Below are positions 1 to 12,660 of a stretch of DNA of 59,908 nt, piece by piece. The notes under the pieces were generated by a model that worked only from the letters and a program-made list of their open reading frames with translations, was not told where the DNA came from and ran no database searches. The DNA lies in the NCBI RefSeq assembly GCF_001194135.2, contig NC_068985.1, forward strand, positions 95,344,992-95,404,899, read 5' to 3'. Position numbers and translations under genes: made by a program. Each line of letters opens with the position of its first letter. The stretch's first letter is position 1. This DNA comes from Octopus bimaculoides. Its lineage: Eukaryota.

Positions 1-44
<44 letters not shown>

Positions 45-654
45 GCACAAAATCAGTGTTTTTATTAATCTATATATCATATATGACATATGTTGTGTAT
101 GACATACATGCGAATAGAGTTAACACAATAGAGATTATAAGATGAGAATTTGAAGCCATTCAGAAATTTACTCACAGAAAATACATAAACCATGGAACAC
201 GTCACTGATGTGGCAGTCCATTGTGTATATTCGAAGATAAAACAACGTAATTGTACGTCATAAGCTGTAAAACATTTCAATATTTTATGAAAACGCATTA
301 CATGGTATTCTTTTCACTTGTTCGTTGTAAACTTTTCAATGTGAAATATCCCAGATGTCAAAATGCGGCGAAATTATTGAAATGTTCGAATGAAACATAT
401 TATTGTGCAAAATAGAAAATACGTGATGTTATATTTTTGTGTAACCTATATACTTAGGAAAATAACTATAAAATAACAATATTTACCGCATGCAATTTCA
501 CAATTACATATACAATTGTTTATATGCTACTCAATTGTCAATATAAAGTTAAGCTCTATGCGGATACAATTTTATAAGAAAACGATAAACATGATCACTG
601 TTATCATTAGAATCTAAATACCCCGAAAGAAAAAATTATATATGTTTTTTTTTT

Positions 655-924
655 CAGATCAATATTTAAGAGATGAGGAATTATGTGCATTATTTGCATT
701 TGATGGATATTTGTCCTCATCTTGTTTGTTGTTAACACACCGTTTCGGCTGGTATACCCTCCAGCCTTTTTCAGGTATCTTGGGTAAATTTAGAATCTGG
801 GTTCTCATTCCTAAGATTTTTTTATGTTATTATTATTATTATTAACGACAATGTCTGGGATTGAACTCGGAATCTTGAGGTCAGTAACCCGCGATTTTAA
901 CTACTAGGCCATATGCCCGTGGGC
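655..924 (-). mobile_element. tRNA-derived SINE with (AAT)n linker and hammerhead-ribozyme module (HHR-SINE copy 1, full length, core mutated)
   Basis: The minus strand reads GCCCACGGGCATATGGCCTAGTAGTT (A-box-like), CCGAGTTCAATCCC (B-box-like), short (AAT)n, then CTTAGGAATGAGAACCCAG...GATAC CTGAAAA A GGCTG gagggtatac CAGCC GAAA CGG T GTGTT, then the GATGAGGA/TCCTCATC tail. It is colinear with the copies at 37071-37284, 56815-56955 and 56978-57297. Confidence 0.85.
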
Positions 925-1278
925 AATTACGGAGTGAATTTTAGGGCTTATAAATATAACGTTCTCCTATCATTCCTTAATACCGGTTCCCATATGCTGT
1001 TCCTATCTGCACTCGGTCTGTTTAGGAGGTTAATGCGTCCTAGCATATGTGCTGCTTCTTTTAGTTTTCGCATTTTCCAGTGGTGTTCTCTCCCTACTAT
1101 TTTAACTTCATCTCAAAGGGGGAGGTGGTCTCCATGTTTCCATACATGATCAGATACACCGATTTATCAATATATCCCCGTGTCACAGCTTTGCCATGTT
1201 CCTAAAATGGATTTGGACTAATTTTGAAACATGAAGATGCTGTTGCAAATATTATGGTATGTTTACATAATATATGAA

Positions 1279-1445
1279 CGCAAGGCAGTATGATTAAAAG
1301 GTTAAGTTTGCAATCATGTTGCTTCGGGTTCAGACTCACTACATGCCACTTGGGCAAGTGTCTTCTATTAGAGCCCCAGGCCGTCCAATGCTTTGTGAGT
1401 GAATCCGGTCAAAGGAAACTGTGTTATCCAGTCGTATATCCGTGT
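1279..1445 (+). mobile_element. Degenerate 5' half of a tRNA/CORE-like SINE (family C)
   Basis: CCACTTGGGCAAGTGTCTTCTATTAGAGCCCCAGGCCG...GCTTTGTGAGTGAAT...GGAAACTG is the reverse complement of the head/core seen at 12480-12660, 43453-43596 and 59757-59835. Confidence 0.75.
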
Positions 1446-2049
1446 GCGTATGTGTGTGTTCACAGTGTCTGGTCTTCCTCCGGTTAGAAACCGGAGCTGG
1501 TTAGTTTACACGCCTGTAACACAGTGGTCAAACACCTCGAAAAAATAAGTCTCAAGCTTAAAAATGAATATGGGCAGTGATTTGTTCAGGTAAATTATTT
1601 TAAGAGGCGCTCTAGTTTGACCGCTGTTCAGCGACTCAAAGAAGTTAAAGATAATAGATACATTAATATTTTAAGTTGCAAGCAGCAGCTTAAAAAACTG
1701 ATAATATCAAAATCCTTCAATGAAACAATGCGAGCGGAAAACAAAATCACCGATGTATGGATTCATTGAGAAAATCATTGATCGCTTTGCAATGATTGAC
1801 GGTGTTCGATATAAATATGTACAGCGCAAGATCAATAAATATAGATGTGTGCGAAAGGGAAAGTGTAGTCTGTAAGAAAATATATATGAAAAATATTAGG
1901 GAAAAAGAGATTTTCGTAAGGGCAATAGAACAGATTTACAAAGCAAAAGACTCAAACACATTGGAATTACCAAATATACTGAATGAAATCATGGAAAATC
2001 CCCCTATCAATATCACGCGATACTCAGCATAGTGACGCAATTCGGTGAA

Positions 2050-2260
2050 AGACAGCATTAAATCTAGCCTCTAGGCGGAAACAGAAAGATGGCCTGATTT
2101 TAGCTGTGCAGAAACAATGTCTTGCCTCATAAGATGAACAAAAGATGTAACAGGGAAAGCAATCGACGGCTGACTTCATAAAGTGTATCATGTACCAAAC
2201 GATGGTCGAACACAATCTTTGCTGCTTTGCAGTTTTCGCAACTACCATGTACTTTTCAAT
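2050..2260 (+). mobile_element. Highly decayed fragment of an RLE-type (R4/Dong-like) non-LTR retrotransposon ORF, C-terminal region
   Basis: Manual translation across frameshifts gives SL*AET..DGLILAVQKQCLA and TMVEHNLCCFAVFATTMY. These resemble the ETEGxIxAAQxQxL and ETxxHIxSxCxxLA motifs of R4-clade ORFs (recognition from memory only). Confidence 0.4.
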
Positions 2261-4404
2261 AACAAATGACGGTAATAACTGGTGTTGCCTGAGAGGGCTC
2301 AATTAATAGTGTATATATTTAAGAAAAGTAGTTAATATATCATGAAATATTATCGATGTAATTAACAACGGTAAAATAGCGAAAAGATGTAACTCTGAGC
2401 CGATACGAAGCATTTGCATTACGTAGAAGATAACCAACAGCATTGACTGAGTTGGGTTAGTGGACCACCTGGTCGGAATACTTGGCGCTCATATTGCTAC
2501 TTTTATTTTGACCAGGCGGTCCAATAGCGCAACTCATTCACTGACGTACACTGTTGTTTTAGTTAAAGCTACGGGTTTACAAATGCCTAGGGTTATCTCC
2601 CTTCAATGTTTCCAGTTGAGGAAGGCGAAAGAGCTACAAATACACGTCTAGTATTAAGCTGTATAAATTGTTGGAAATAAGGAGCTAAGAATACATTTCA
2701 GTTATTCCTTATTCTGAAGGGGTGTTCAGACTCGCTGCGATTTTTTTTTGTGTGTGACAAGGGCGTCATAGAGTTGGGCATAAAGAAACTACTCAGCATT
2801 AAATGAATAGGGCACCATGAAAATTATTTGCAAATTGTTTCCATAATAACGTAAAATGATGCTAATTGTTAATTAGTAAAGGTCATCTCAAATCAGGTAC
2901 AGTTCTATGTATTTTTACATATCTTAACGGTAGAAACTTTCTCATAGTAGACACCATGTCTGCTACAGAGCAACTGCAAGCCATACTGCATGGCAGTGAT
3001 ATCATTAGCATCCCATAGATTTTTACATTCATAACATTTCTCAGTTAGTATCTTTCCGTCCACGAATGTCAACTTTCCAACACACTGCAAGTATGAGAGG
3101 AAATATTGGACGAATTGTTTAACACAATTCAGTAACTTGTCACATTTTACAGGCCACCGCTCAGACGCTTGAAGGTTTGATTGGCAGTAGAACGTGCATG
3201 ATATGTAAATTATATCTGAATAGGAAAATATTTCATACATGCATTTTGCTTTTCGTCACGACACATGAACGGATTTTACTTGCGTAGTTTTAATACCATC
3301 AATCACAAATTTTGATTCTACTCATGCTGTGTGCGGCATATCGTTACACTTATAGTCTCAGGCTAAGCGAACAGGCTGCAATTCAAAATTAAAATACATA
3401 GCCCTATCTATTCTTCAATGCTTCTTTCCAACATATAAATACAGTATATATTTTCCTTGCAGTTTTTTGTCAGGAATAATAAAACATTTCAAGAAATATG
3501 TAATGAAGCGTGAACCTCTCTTCCAAAGTCCTGTCTCGATATTTAACTCTACCTTTATTATTTGCAAAGCTAAGGTTCACAGAATCATATATACACGTTT
3601 TTAAACAGTAGGATTATAAAGATTAAAGTTAAATTCTTCATGACTCATTAGCAACGTGTAAAAGAACAGTCACTTACATTTAACGCAAATCTTTAAAAGA
3701 AACACGAATTAATAATGTTATAAAGTGATAAAATTTCTGTAATTTTTTTTCTGAAAAGTAAAGGCAAAATAAGAAATATTAATTGAAAGCTGAACTTTAT
3801 TTATGAAGATCATTACAGATCGTAACAGATATTTCGGTAAAAAAAAAAGACATTGTCATATGATTTTTTTGGGGGGGGGATATTTCCAGTTAAATTATAT
3901 TTTTGTTAATATTTATTAGAGTGGTGATGAGAATACTTATTTCCTTATTTCATTTCAAACGACTAATAATTACAATATATTTCCAATATCTGAAAATAAT
4001 TGCATACGCGAGCTAAAATTTATCATGAAATAAAATAACATATAAGAAATGAAAATTAGATTGAGGACAATTATATTTAGACATAAATGTTCATTAATTA
4101 GCTGATATTTATTACTAGCATTCCCATGTGGTAAAAAATGCTGACAGTCTTATTAATGACAGAAAATGATACAAAGAAACAATAGGAAAAACCATTGCTA
4201 AATGTCATCAATCTAGTGAATAAATGTACTTACACGGAATTGAAGAATATAAAGATTCAGATACGGTTGTACTTGTCTTCAGTGAAAATATTGTCCTCAT
4301 GATGTGTGTGTCTGTGAATGTGTGTGTGTGTTTGTATGTATACAAACGTCGCTATAGTAACTAAGCGTGTAAATCAACCCCAGCATTCCTAGGAATGAAA
4401 GAGG

Positions 4405-5448
4405 GGGATATGCAACATACAACGAATAGTTTTTCCTCTGCATGTATACATTTCGAAGTCACAATTAGTCTGGAGATAAAACAAAGTAATGTTTACTCCC
4501 GTGCCAGGACAAACATATATTGAGCCAAATATTTTTGTGTATGGAACAAGTTTAGAAGTCGTTGACACCTTTGTTTACCTTGGAAGCAGAGCGTCAAGAG
4601 ATGGTGGTCGCTGACGAAAATCAGTGACTATAAAGCGTACGTATTCACTTCTTTATTCAAGTGAGAAATGGACCACTTAGAAGCGGCATATAAAAACGCT
4701 GGACAGCTTTCATCAAAGGTGCCTCAGAAGTATCTCAGGAGTCTAGTGGGAATGTTTCATACCAGATACAAACGTTTTGGTAATGGCACGTTGTACCTCA
4801 ATTGAACACGTTATCTTAGCTCAAATAAGATGGACTGGACATGTTAATAGAATAAAAAAACGAGCGGTTGCCAAAGCGTCTTTTGTATGGTGAGATCAAG
4901 CCTGATAAACGACCAGAACATAAGTTGAGGAAAAGGTATGAAGACTGTACGAAGGAAAACGTGAAGAAAATAGATATGAAGAAAAGTGATTGGTAAAATG
5001 TTGTTCTAGATCGGAACCAGTGTAGAGGAAATGTTAGGACCGGTTGCAATGGCGGGGAAGAAAAGATGATTCAGTACTCTGCGCTGAAAAGGGCATGTAA
5101 CAAAGGAACAATTGGATATGTATTATACGTGATCGTGTTCTGTTGTCAAAAGCAGGATATGTGAATCATATGGAGTCATGTGATAATCGAAATGCCCAGG
5201 TAGGTTATAATCTTGGTCACCAACAGCCGCTTACGACTTGTGTCATATTTCACAAAACATGTAAGAAAATATCTGGATTTAAAAGGCATAAGTTAGTTAA
5301 AAAAAATATTCCTCCAGAATCACATTCCAAAGGACAAAGATATAGAAGAAATTTGAATATCTGTCACTTGTGTTTTAAACACTGTCAGTCAACAGCTGGT
5401 CCTAAAAGTCATCTGAGGGGTCATCAACGAAGTGATTGTGCTGTGTAA
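4405..5448 (+). mobile_element. 3' portion of a decayed RTE-clade LINE (end of RT, thumb, C-terminal zinc fingers)
   Basis: Translated segments across frameshifts and stops: DMQHTTNSFSSAC, PVPGQTYIEPNIFVYGTSLEVVDTFVYLGS, KTLDSFHQRCLRSI, QIRWTGHVNRI, ERLPKRLLYGEI, and C2H2 motif CHLCFKHCQSTAGPKSHLRGH (5362-5424). Confidence 0.85.
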
Positions 5449-5455
5449 TAGGGTG

Positions 5456-5494
<39 letters not shown>

Positions 5495-5787
5495 NNNNNN
5501 NNNNNNNNNNNNNNNNNNNNNNNNNNNNNNNNNNNNNNNNNNNNNNNNNNNNNNNNNNNNNNNNNNNNNNNNNNNNNNNNNNNNNNNNNNNNNNNNNNNN
5601 NNNNNNNNNNNNNNNNNNNNNNNNNNNNNNNNNNNNNNNNNNNNNNNNNNNNNNNNNNNNNNNNNNNNNNNNNNNNNNNNNNNNNNNNNNNNNNNNNNNN
5701 NNNNNNNNNNNNNNNNNNNNNNNNNNNNNNNNNNNNNNNNNNNNNNNNNNNNNNNNNNNNNNNNNNNNNNNNNNNNNNNNNNNNNNN

Positions 5788-5814
<27 letters not shown>

Positions 5815-5818
<4 letters not shown>

Positions 5819-6135
5819 TCTTTTAATGTCTTGTTTCAGTTATTTGACTGCGGACATATTGGAGCATTGACTGAAGGGGTTTTAGTTGAAAAAATCGACC
5901 CCAGGACTTATTCTTTGTAAGTCTAGTATTTATAGGTCTCTTTTGCCGAACTGCTAGCTAATGGTCACATAAACACATCAGCATCAGTTGCCAAAGGATG
6001 CCGGTGGTATACACACACATCTATATATGCATGAAAGATGTTGTTCGGCCCGAGGGTATAGTAGAAGAGAGTTATCCAGCGTGTCATCCAGTGAGACCGA
6101 ACCCGGAATCTTGCACAAGGTTCTTACCAAACAGC
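5815..6135 (-). mobile_element. SINE family C, diverged copy (tail plus partial head)
   Basis: TTGTTTCAGTTATTTGACTGCGG...AATCGACCCCAGGACTTATTCTTTGTAAG...CCGAACTGCTA and GGCCCGAGGGTATAGTAGAAGA match the 12243-12660 copy. Confidence 0.85.
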
Positions 6136-6241
6136 GACACCTGCAGCTTAAGCACGTAACATCTGGATATACGTTAAGTGAACGATAACATTTTGAAAAC
6201 AAAAGTGTTTAGTATTTAATTTGATACAGATGTTTGTCCGT

Positions 6242-6289
<48 letters not shown>

Positions 6290-6486
6290 TAACTGATAAA
6301 GTAAAATTCGCAGTTTTATATTGATCAATATCTCAGCGTCTTTCTGGCAAAATCTGTGAAATCTCTTCTCATACTTTAATGTTTGTGAATAGAACTCACT
6401 CTCACTCCGTTTGTTGTTTTACTAGTCTATTCATGACACGTGATCTACAGGGCACATTACATTTTATTATATATATAAAATGAAAT

Positions 6487-6692
6487 GCGGCGAGGTGGCA
6501 ATGCTTAGCGGTGCGAAATGCTTAGCGGTCTTTCGTCTGTCTTTACGTTCTGAGTTCAAATTTCGCCGAGGTCGACTTTGCCATTCATACTTTCGGGCTC
6601 TATAAATTAAGTACCAGATGCGTAATTGGGTCGGGCTAATCGACTGGCACCCCAAAAAATTCGGGCGTTGAGCATAGAGTAGAAGAGAATAA
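6487..6692 (+). mobile_element. tRNA-derived SINE family B
   Basis: GCGAAATGCTTAGCGG...TTACGTTCTGAGTTCAAATT (B-box) CGCCGAGGTCGACTTTGCC...AAATTAAGTACCAG...TAATCGACTGG...AGAGTAGAA. The same layout recurs at 15499, 18159, 47285, 50608 and 56620. Confidence 0.9.
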
Positions 6693-6697
6693 TTTAT

Positions 6698-6772
6698 AGG
6701 CAGTGAGGTGTCAGAAACGTTAGCCCGCCGGGTGAAATTTCAGGCATTGTGCCTAGAGTAGAAAAGATTATT
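6698..6772 (+). mobile_element. Internally deleted second SINE-B unit in tandem with the first
   Basis: The head (GGCAGTGAGGTGTCAGAAACGTTAGCCCGCCGGGTGAAAT) is joined directly to the tail (TTCAGGCATTGTGCCTAGAGTAGAAAAGATTATT). Confidence 0.7.
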
Positions 6773-6789
6773 TATAAGAGGAGTTAATG

Positions 6790-7015
6790 GCATTCTGTTG
6801 TTCAAATTGCAAGAGTGGCTATCCCGGCACTTGAAGGCATATCTGAGAGAGCGACTATAAAAAGCACTGGTCCCAAGACAGTGCCCTGTGGAACACCGCT
6901 CATTATTTGTGTTTTTATAGAGGTGGCTCCATTAGCCACTACTGCCTGACATCTATCTTTCAGAAAGTCATGTAACCACTCTCCAAGTTTTCCAGCTGCA
7001 TACATCTGCAGCGGT
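6790..7015 (-). mobile_element. Reverse-transcriptase fragment of a CR1/L2/Jockey-group LINE
   Basis: ORF 6802-7005 encodes GKLGEWLHDFLKDRCQAVVANG...SGVPQGTVLGPVLFIVALSDMP, including the GVPQG(S/T)VLGP RT motif. Confidence 0.9.
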
Positions 7016-7396
7016 TAGGTACTGTTGTGAGAATTCCCGTAATAATTCTTTCTTTACAGCATACTGCATACATCAGCGTTACAGAGTTGCAGTATATTAC
7101 ATAGTCATAAAAATACATTATGTCTTACTGATAGGTTTACCCTAAATACATTCAATTTGTAAAACATTCTACGTCACGAAATGTCGCATGCAAGAAGATA
7201 TAATTGTCATCAGTTAAACAGTCTCTGCCACCACCTGCCGTATATAATATGAAATACTATGAATTTCAGAAGAATACAGGAGAACGGCTTAATTCGTTAT
7301 CGAGTCTTTAACCTCCTAACATACATATCACACGCAGTTGTACATGTACACCTGCGTATAAAACACAGAGTCATGTATGTATATATGTATATATAT

Positions 7397-7455
<59 letters not shown>

Positions 7456-7877
7456 NNNNNNNNNNNNNNNNNNNNNNNNNNNNNNNNNNNNNNNNNNNNN
7501 NNNNNNNNNNNNNNNNNNNNNNNNNNNNNNNNNNNNNNNNNNNNNNNNNNNNNNNNNNNNNNNNNNNNNNNNNNNNNNNNNNNNNNNNNNNNNNNNNNNN
7601 NNNNNNNNNNNNNNNNNNNNNNNNNNNNNNNNNNNNNNNNNNNNNNNNNNNNNNNNNNNNNNNNNNNNNNNNNNNNNNNNNNNNNNNNNNNNNNNNNNNN
7701 NNNNNNNNNNNNNNNNNNNNNNNNNNNNNNNNNNNNNNNNNNNNNNNNNNNNNNNNNNNNNNNNNNNNNNNNNNNNNNNNNNNNNNNNNNNNNNNNNNNN
7801 NNNNNNNNNNNNNNNNNNNNNNNNNNNNNNNNNNNNNNNNNNNNNNNNNNNNCATGTATGTATATATGTATATATAT

Positions 7878-7916
<39 letters not shown>

Positions 7917-9148
7917 GACAAACCGACAAACGCACACACACACAAACACACGCACAAAATTTACCACACGTTCAACTGTATGACATATAATAAAATTCTG
8001 CATGGTCTATTATATCAGTTTCTCTCATTCATATATGATGAGTGTGTGTATATATGTGTATGTGTACATATACATATATGTGCATATCCATATATATTTA
8101 TATACATATATGTGTATATATATAAGTTTATGTGCATATCCATATATCTTCTAACGGTAATAATCTATACAGTAGCAACGTGAAAATATAAATTTCTAGA
8201 AGCAATCTCATTCAAAGACCATTTGTTTGTTAGTTTTAATGATTTGTTTGTGAAAAATTCCAATCACCTCAACTTGTCACATATATCCCAATTTCATTTG
8301 ACAATCTTCATTGAACGAAACACATTGCAATTGGTCACGAAATATATATNNNNNNNNNNNNNNNNNNNNNNNNNNNNNNNNNNNNNNNNNNNNNNNNNNN
8401 NNNNNNNNNNNNNNNNNNNNNNNNNNNNNNNNNNNNNNNNNNNNNNNNNNNNNNNNNNNNNNNNNNNNNNNNNNNNNNNNNNNNNNNNNNNNNNNNNNNN
8501 NNNNNNNNNNNNNNNNNNNNNNNNNNNNNNNNNNNNNNNNNNNNNNNNNNNNNNNNNNNNNNNNNNNNNNNNNNNNNNNNNNNNNNNNNNNNNNNNNNNN
8601 NNNNNNNNNNNNNNNNNNNNNNNNNNNNNNNNNNNNNNNNNNNNNNNNNNNNNNNNNNNNNNNNNNNNNNNNNNNNNNNNNNNNNNNNNNNNNNNNNNNN
8701 NNNNNNNNNNNNNNNNNNNNNNNNNNNNNNNNNNNNNNNNNNNNNNNNNNNNNNNNNNNNNNNNNNNNNNNNNNNNNNNNNNNNNNNNNNNNNNNNNNNN
8801 NNNNNNNNNNNNNNNNNNNNNNNNNNNNNNNNNNNNNNNNNNNNNNNNNNNNNNNNNNNNNNNNNNNNNNNNNNNNNNNNNNNNNNNNNNNNNNNNNNNN
8901 NNNNNNNNNNNNNNNNNNNNNNNNNNNNNNNNNNNNNNNNNNNNNNNNNNNNNNNNNNNNNNNNNNNNNNNNNNNNNNNNNNNNNNNNNNNNNNNNNNNN
9001 NNNNNNNNNNNNNNNNNNNNNNNNNNNNNNNNNNNNNNNNNNNNNNNNNNNNNNNNNNNNNNNNNNNNNNNNNNNNNNNNNNNNNNNNNNNNNNNNNNNN
9101 NNNNNNNNNNNNNNNNNNNNNNNNNNNNNNNNNNNNNNNNNNNNNNNN

Positions 9149-9212
<64 letters not shown>

Positions 9213-12145
9213 GAGTATAGTTGTGTGACGGTGTGTCTGCGTTCATGCCTGTGTGTATGTTTGTATTTGAGTTCTATAAATGTTCGTATGTCAAGACGAT
9301 GATGGAGTAACATTTGAAATTCATTCCACTTAATGAAAGGAAAATACGAGCGATAACAACCAACGGTAACTGTTATATTTAGCATTTGAGCTGACAATAC
9401 TAGTGCGTTTTTATATTCATCACAAAGCATCGTGATAACCACCAATTCTATAAAGGTATTTCAGCAGCAGCTTCAGGAACTCATTCTTTCTACACCTTCA
9501 AATTATTCAGTATCAACTTTCATTCATCATTGTCGCATCATTAACAGTTCTAAGCATTTAAATTCAATTAAACGGAAATGACTGCTTATATATTGAAATC
9601 TCAAATAGCATACCCATACAAATAGATAAAGAATGCAAGTATTGAATTGTCTGATTTTTTTCCCATTGTTATAAGTCAACAAAGTTCTCACTTTTCAGGA
9701 AGCACTGGAATTTTCCAAATCGAGTAACCTTTCTCGCTACTGTACCAATTATGGAAAGAATATTTTTCTCTTCCGCCATATTCGATATCAGACTTAAGTG
9801 AAATAAAAAGATATCACAGGACGGTAACAAAGGTTTAGGTATATTTCTTTAGACATATATCTCTTACATTCACTGAATTTCTTAATAAAGAATCACTCAT
9901 ATTAGGGAGTTTTATTTTAGATACCGTTTAATACACTAGCTGTTTTAACTATGATCTATCTGAAAAATATTTTCTAATATGTATCTGCATCATTAATTTT
10001 GGTATGTTCCTTATCTTTTATTTGATAAATCTCAATGCAATCCTTGTTCTTCATTTAATAGTCGTCTGCGATATTTTCAGTGAATTAGGCTGCAGCAGTT
10101 AGTATGAAATTGCATAAAAAGGAATGTGATAGATTTTGACTTATCTCTTTCTCTTGTAAAAGAAATAACATACGTTACCAGCTAGGAAAAAATAACTAAT
10201 ATTTCTTTTATTTGTTCATGGATGCTGGAGAGAATCTAATGTGGCAGCTTAACATTATGCAATTTTCCCCGGGAAAATTAGAAATGTAAGTTTGAAAGTT
10301 ATTTTTTGTATTCTTTGAAATGTATACTGGGGCCTAAAATATGCCGCACAGTATGCTGGGATATTACTGAGGAAGTATAGGAACACAGGTTTCACTGTGT
10401 GTTCAAAAACATTTATATGATAGTATATTTTGATGAGTAATGAAGCACAAACTATAGATGCATTTTATATGTTTACTAGTAACGAACTGAATCTGTAGTA
10501 AATCACCTCGGATCAGAAATTCAGTTTATTAACATCGAGTGCTGATAGTAGAGTGTTATTCTCAGTCACTCTCTTTCTTTCTATCTATACCTCTCTCTCT
10601 GTCCCACGCAGACTCACAAATTACTAAAACATACATATTAGTACAGGCTAAGTGTGACAGTTTCGAATAGTGCCATGGACTTCGATTAAGTTCTTAGCAA
10701 GTACACCTAACTAAATAGAATCGCAGCATATGTTACTCCAGTGAGAAATATTGGTATTGCGCATTGTTGATGTTCAATATGAATATCAGCGATTAGACAT
10801 CGGGAAAGAATGTCGCAAAGGACATCGGGAAAGAATGTCGTTTCAGTTTGAATTCGGACGAAAGAAAGAATATTAAGTATATATCATTAGGTAACTCAGT
10901 GAAATTTATTAAGAAGTAACAGGCAAGATAGAGAGATGTTTGGGGCATATTTTGAAGAAGGATTGGAATCAGAACATGGCATGGGAATTGCGATATCAGC
11001 AAATATGTTAGAAGAAGGTTGGTTGTGTACAGATTGTTTCATACTAGTGATAGAAATATTACCCATAAATAGATTAATTTTACAGGAATACAAAGCTCGA
11101 TACGTATTTTTTTTTTTTTTTTCACAAATTAAGCTAATGAAAAACATTAGTGGTATTAGTCTACCGTCTATAAGGAATTGTTCAGTATTTGAGATGATGT
11201 AGTGACAATATGTTACACATGAAATCTCTAGCCCAACCATGTGGAATCTAGGCTTAGAAAATTGTAGATATGATTTTCTGCTTACTGGACTGTACAAGTT
11301 TCACTTATTTGTTTCCTCGAGAAATTCATTCTCATATTGCCTTCGACATATTACAGATATAATGTTATAGCTTAGTTTTAATCTGCATTCCATTTATGTC
11401 ATAACGTTTTCATGATTCCTGTGTGTCCACGTGTGTGAGTAAAAGGAGAAACAAGACATCAATGACTTCATGCTATATACGAGTACATTTTACTAAAGTT
11501 AGAATATTCTAGAGTTAATTTCACTAAGCAGCATGTGACATGAGAGAAATTGTGAATACACTGGGATACAAATTAGACGCCTGAATGCAGTCAACAAAGA
11601 GCACGGCATAATCCGCTAAATTTGAAGAGCATCCGAAAAAATATTTACGCCAAGTGACACATAATATATCATACAGTATCAAACAATATATCGTAATTTG
11701 GATTGAAATTTCTATATCAGTAATATGTCCTCCCCCTCTGTGTTGTAATATTCCTTAATGTAGCATTAATAAAGTCATGCGTATATATACAATGAAACAT
11801 AATGATATACAATCAATAGATATCAAAAGAATCCTGCTGCATTGCAATACTCCATCGTCTCATATTTCAATTGCAGATAATAATTTTATTAACATACCAG
11901 AAAATATATCATAATAACGGAGCCAGGATACATACGCAAGATATAACTTAAATATATGTCTAAAACTAACTCACGCATCCAGTGTACTTCACACACACAT
12001 AAGCGCACACACTGTAGATGTCCTCATCAATAGCCACATAACACCGGTGCATTCGATATTTTGTCTACATTAAACCAGTGCCTCGTGTGCTTACAGATAC
12101 GTCCAATTGTCTGTAACTACTCGTATTTCAAAATCCGCAATATAC

Positions 12146-12150
<5 letters not shown>

Positions 12151-12195
<45 letters not shown>

Positions 12196-12234
12196 GCACG
12201 CACGCACGCACACGCACACACACACACACACACG
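12151..12234. repeat. (CA)n/(CACG)n microsatellite
   Basis: Read directly from the sequence. Confidence 0.95.
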
Positions 12235-12242
12235 CATAATTA

Positions 12243-12660
12243 TTTTACTCTTTTACTCTTTTACTTGTTTCAACAATTTGACAGTGGTCATGCTGGAGCA
12301 CAGCATTTAGTCGAGCAAATCGACCGCAAGACTTATTCATTGTAAGCCTAGTACTTATTCTATCAGTCTCTTTTACCGAACCGCTAAGTTATGTGGACGT
12401 AAACACAGCAGCATCGGTTGTCAAACGCTGTTGGGGGGACAAACACAGACACACATACATATATATGCATATACATATATACGACGGGCTTCTTTCAGTT
12501 TCCGACTACCAAATCCACTCACAAGGCTTTGGTCGGCCCCAGGTTATAGTTGAAGACACTTGCCCAAGGTGCCACGCAGTGGGACTGAACCCGGAACCAT
12601 GTGGTTGGCGGGCAAGCTACTTACCACACAGCCACGCAGCCATACACCCACTCCTACGCC
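12243..12660 (-). mobile_element. Near full-length tRNA/CORE-like SINE (family C; possibly an octopus OR-type CORE-SINE)
   Basis: The minus strand gives a tRNA-like head (GGCGTAGGAGTGG...GTGTGGTAAGTAGCTT...GGTTCCGGGTTCAGTCCC), a CORE-like CACCTTGGGCAAGTGTCTTC segment, an internal microsatellite, and a tail ending in (GAGTAAAA)-like repeats. The family name is from memory. Confidence 0.9.
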
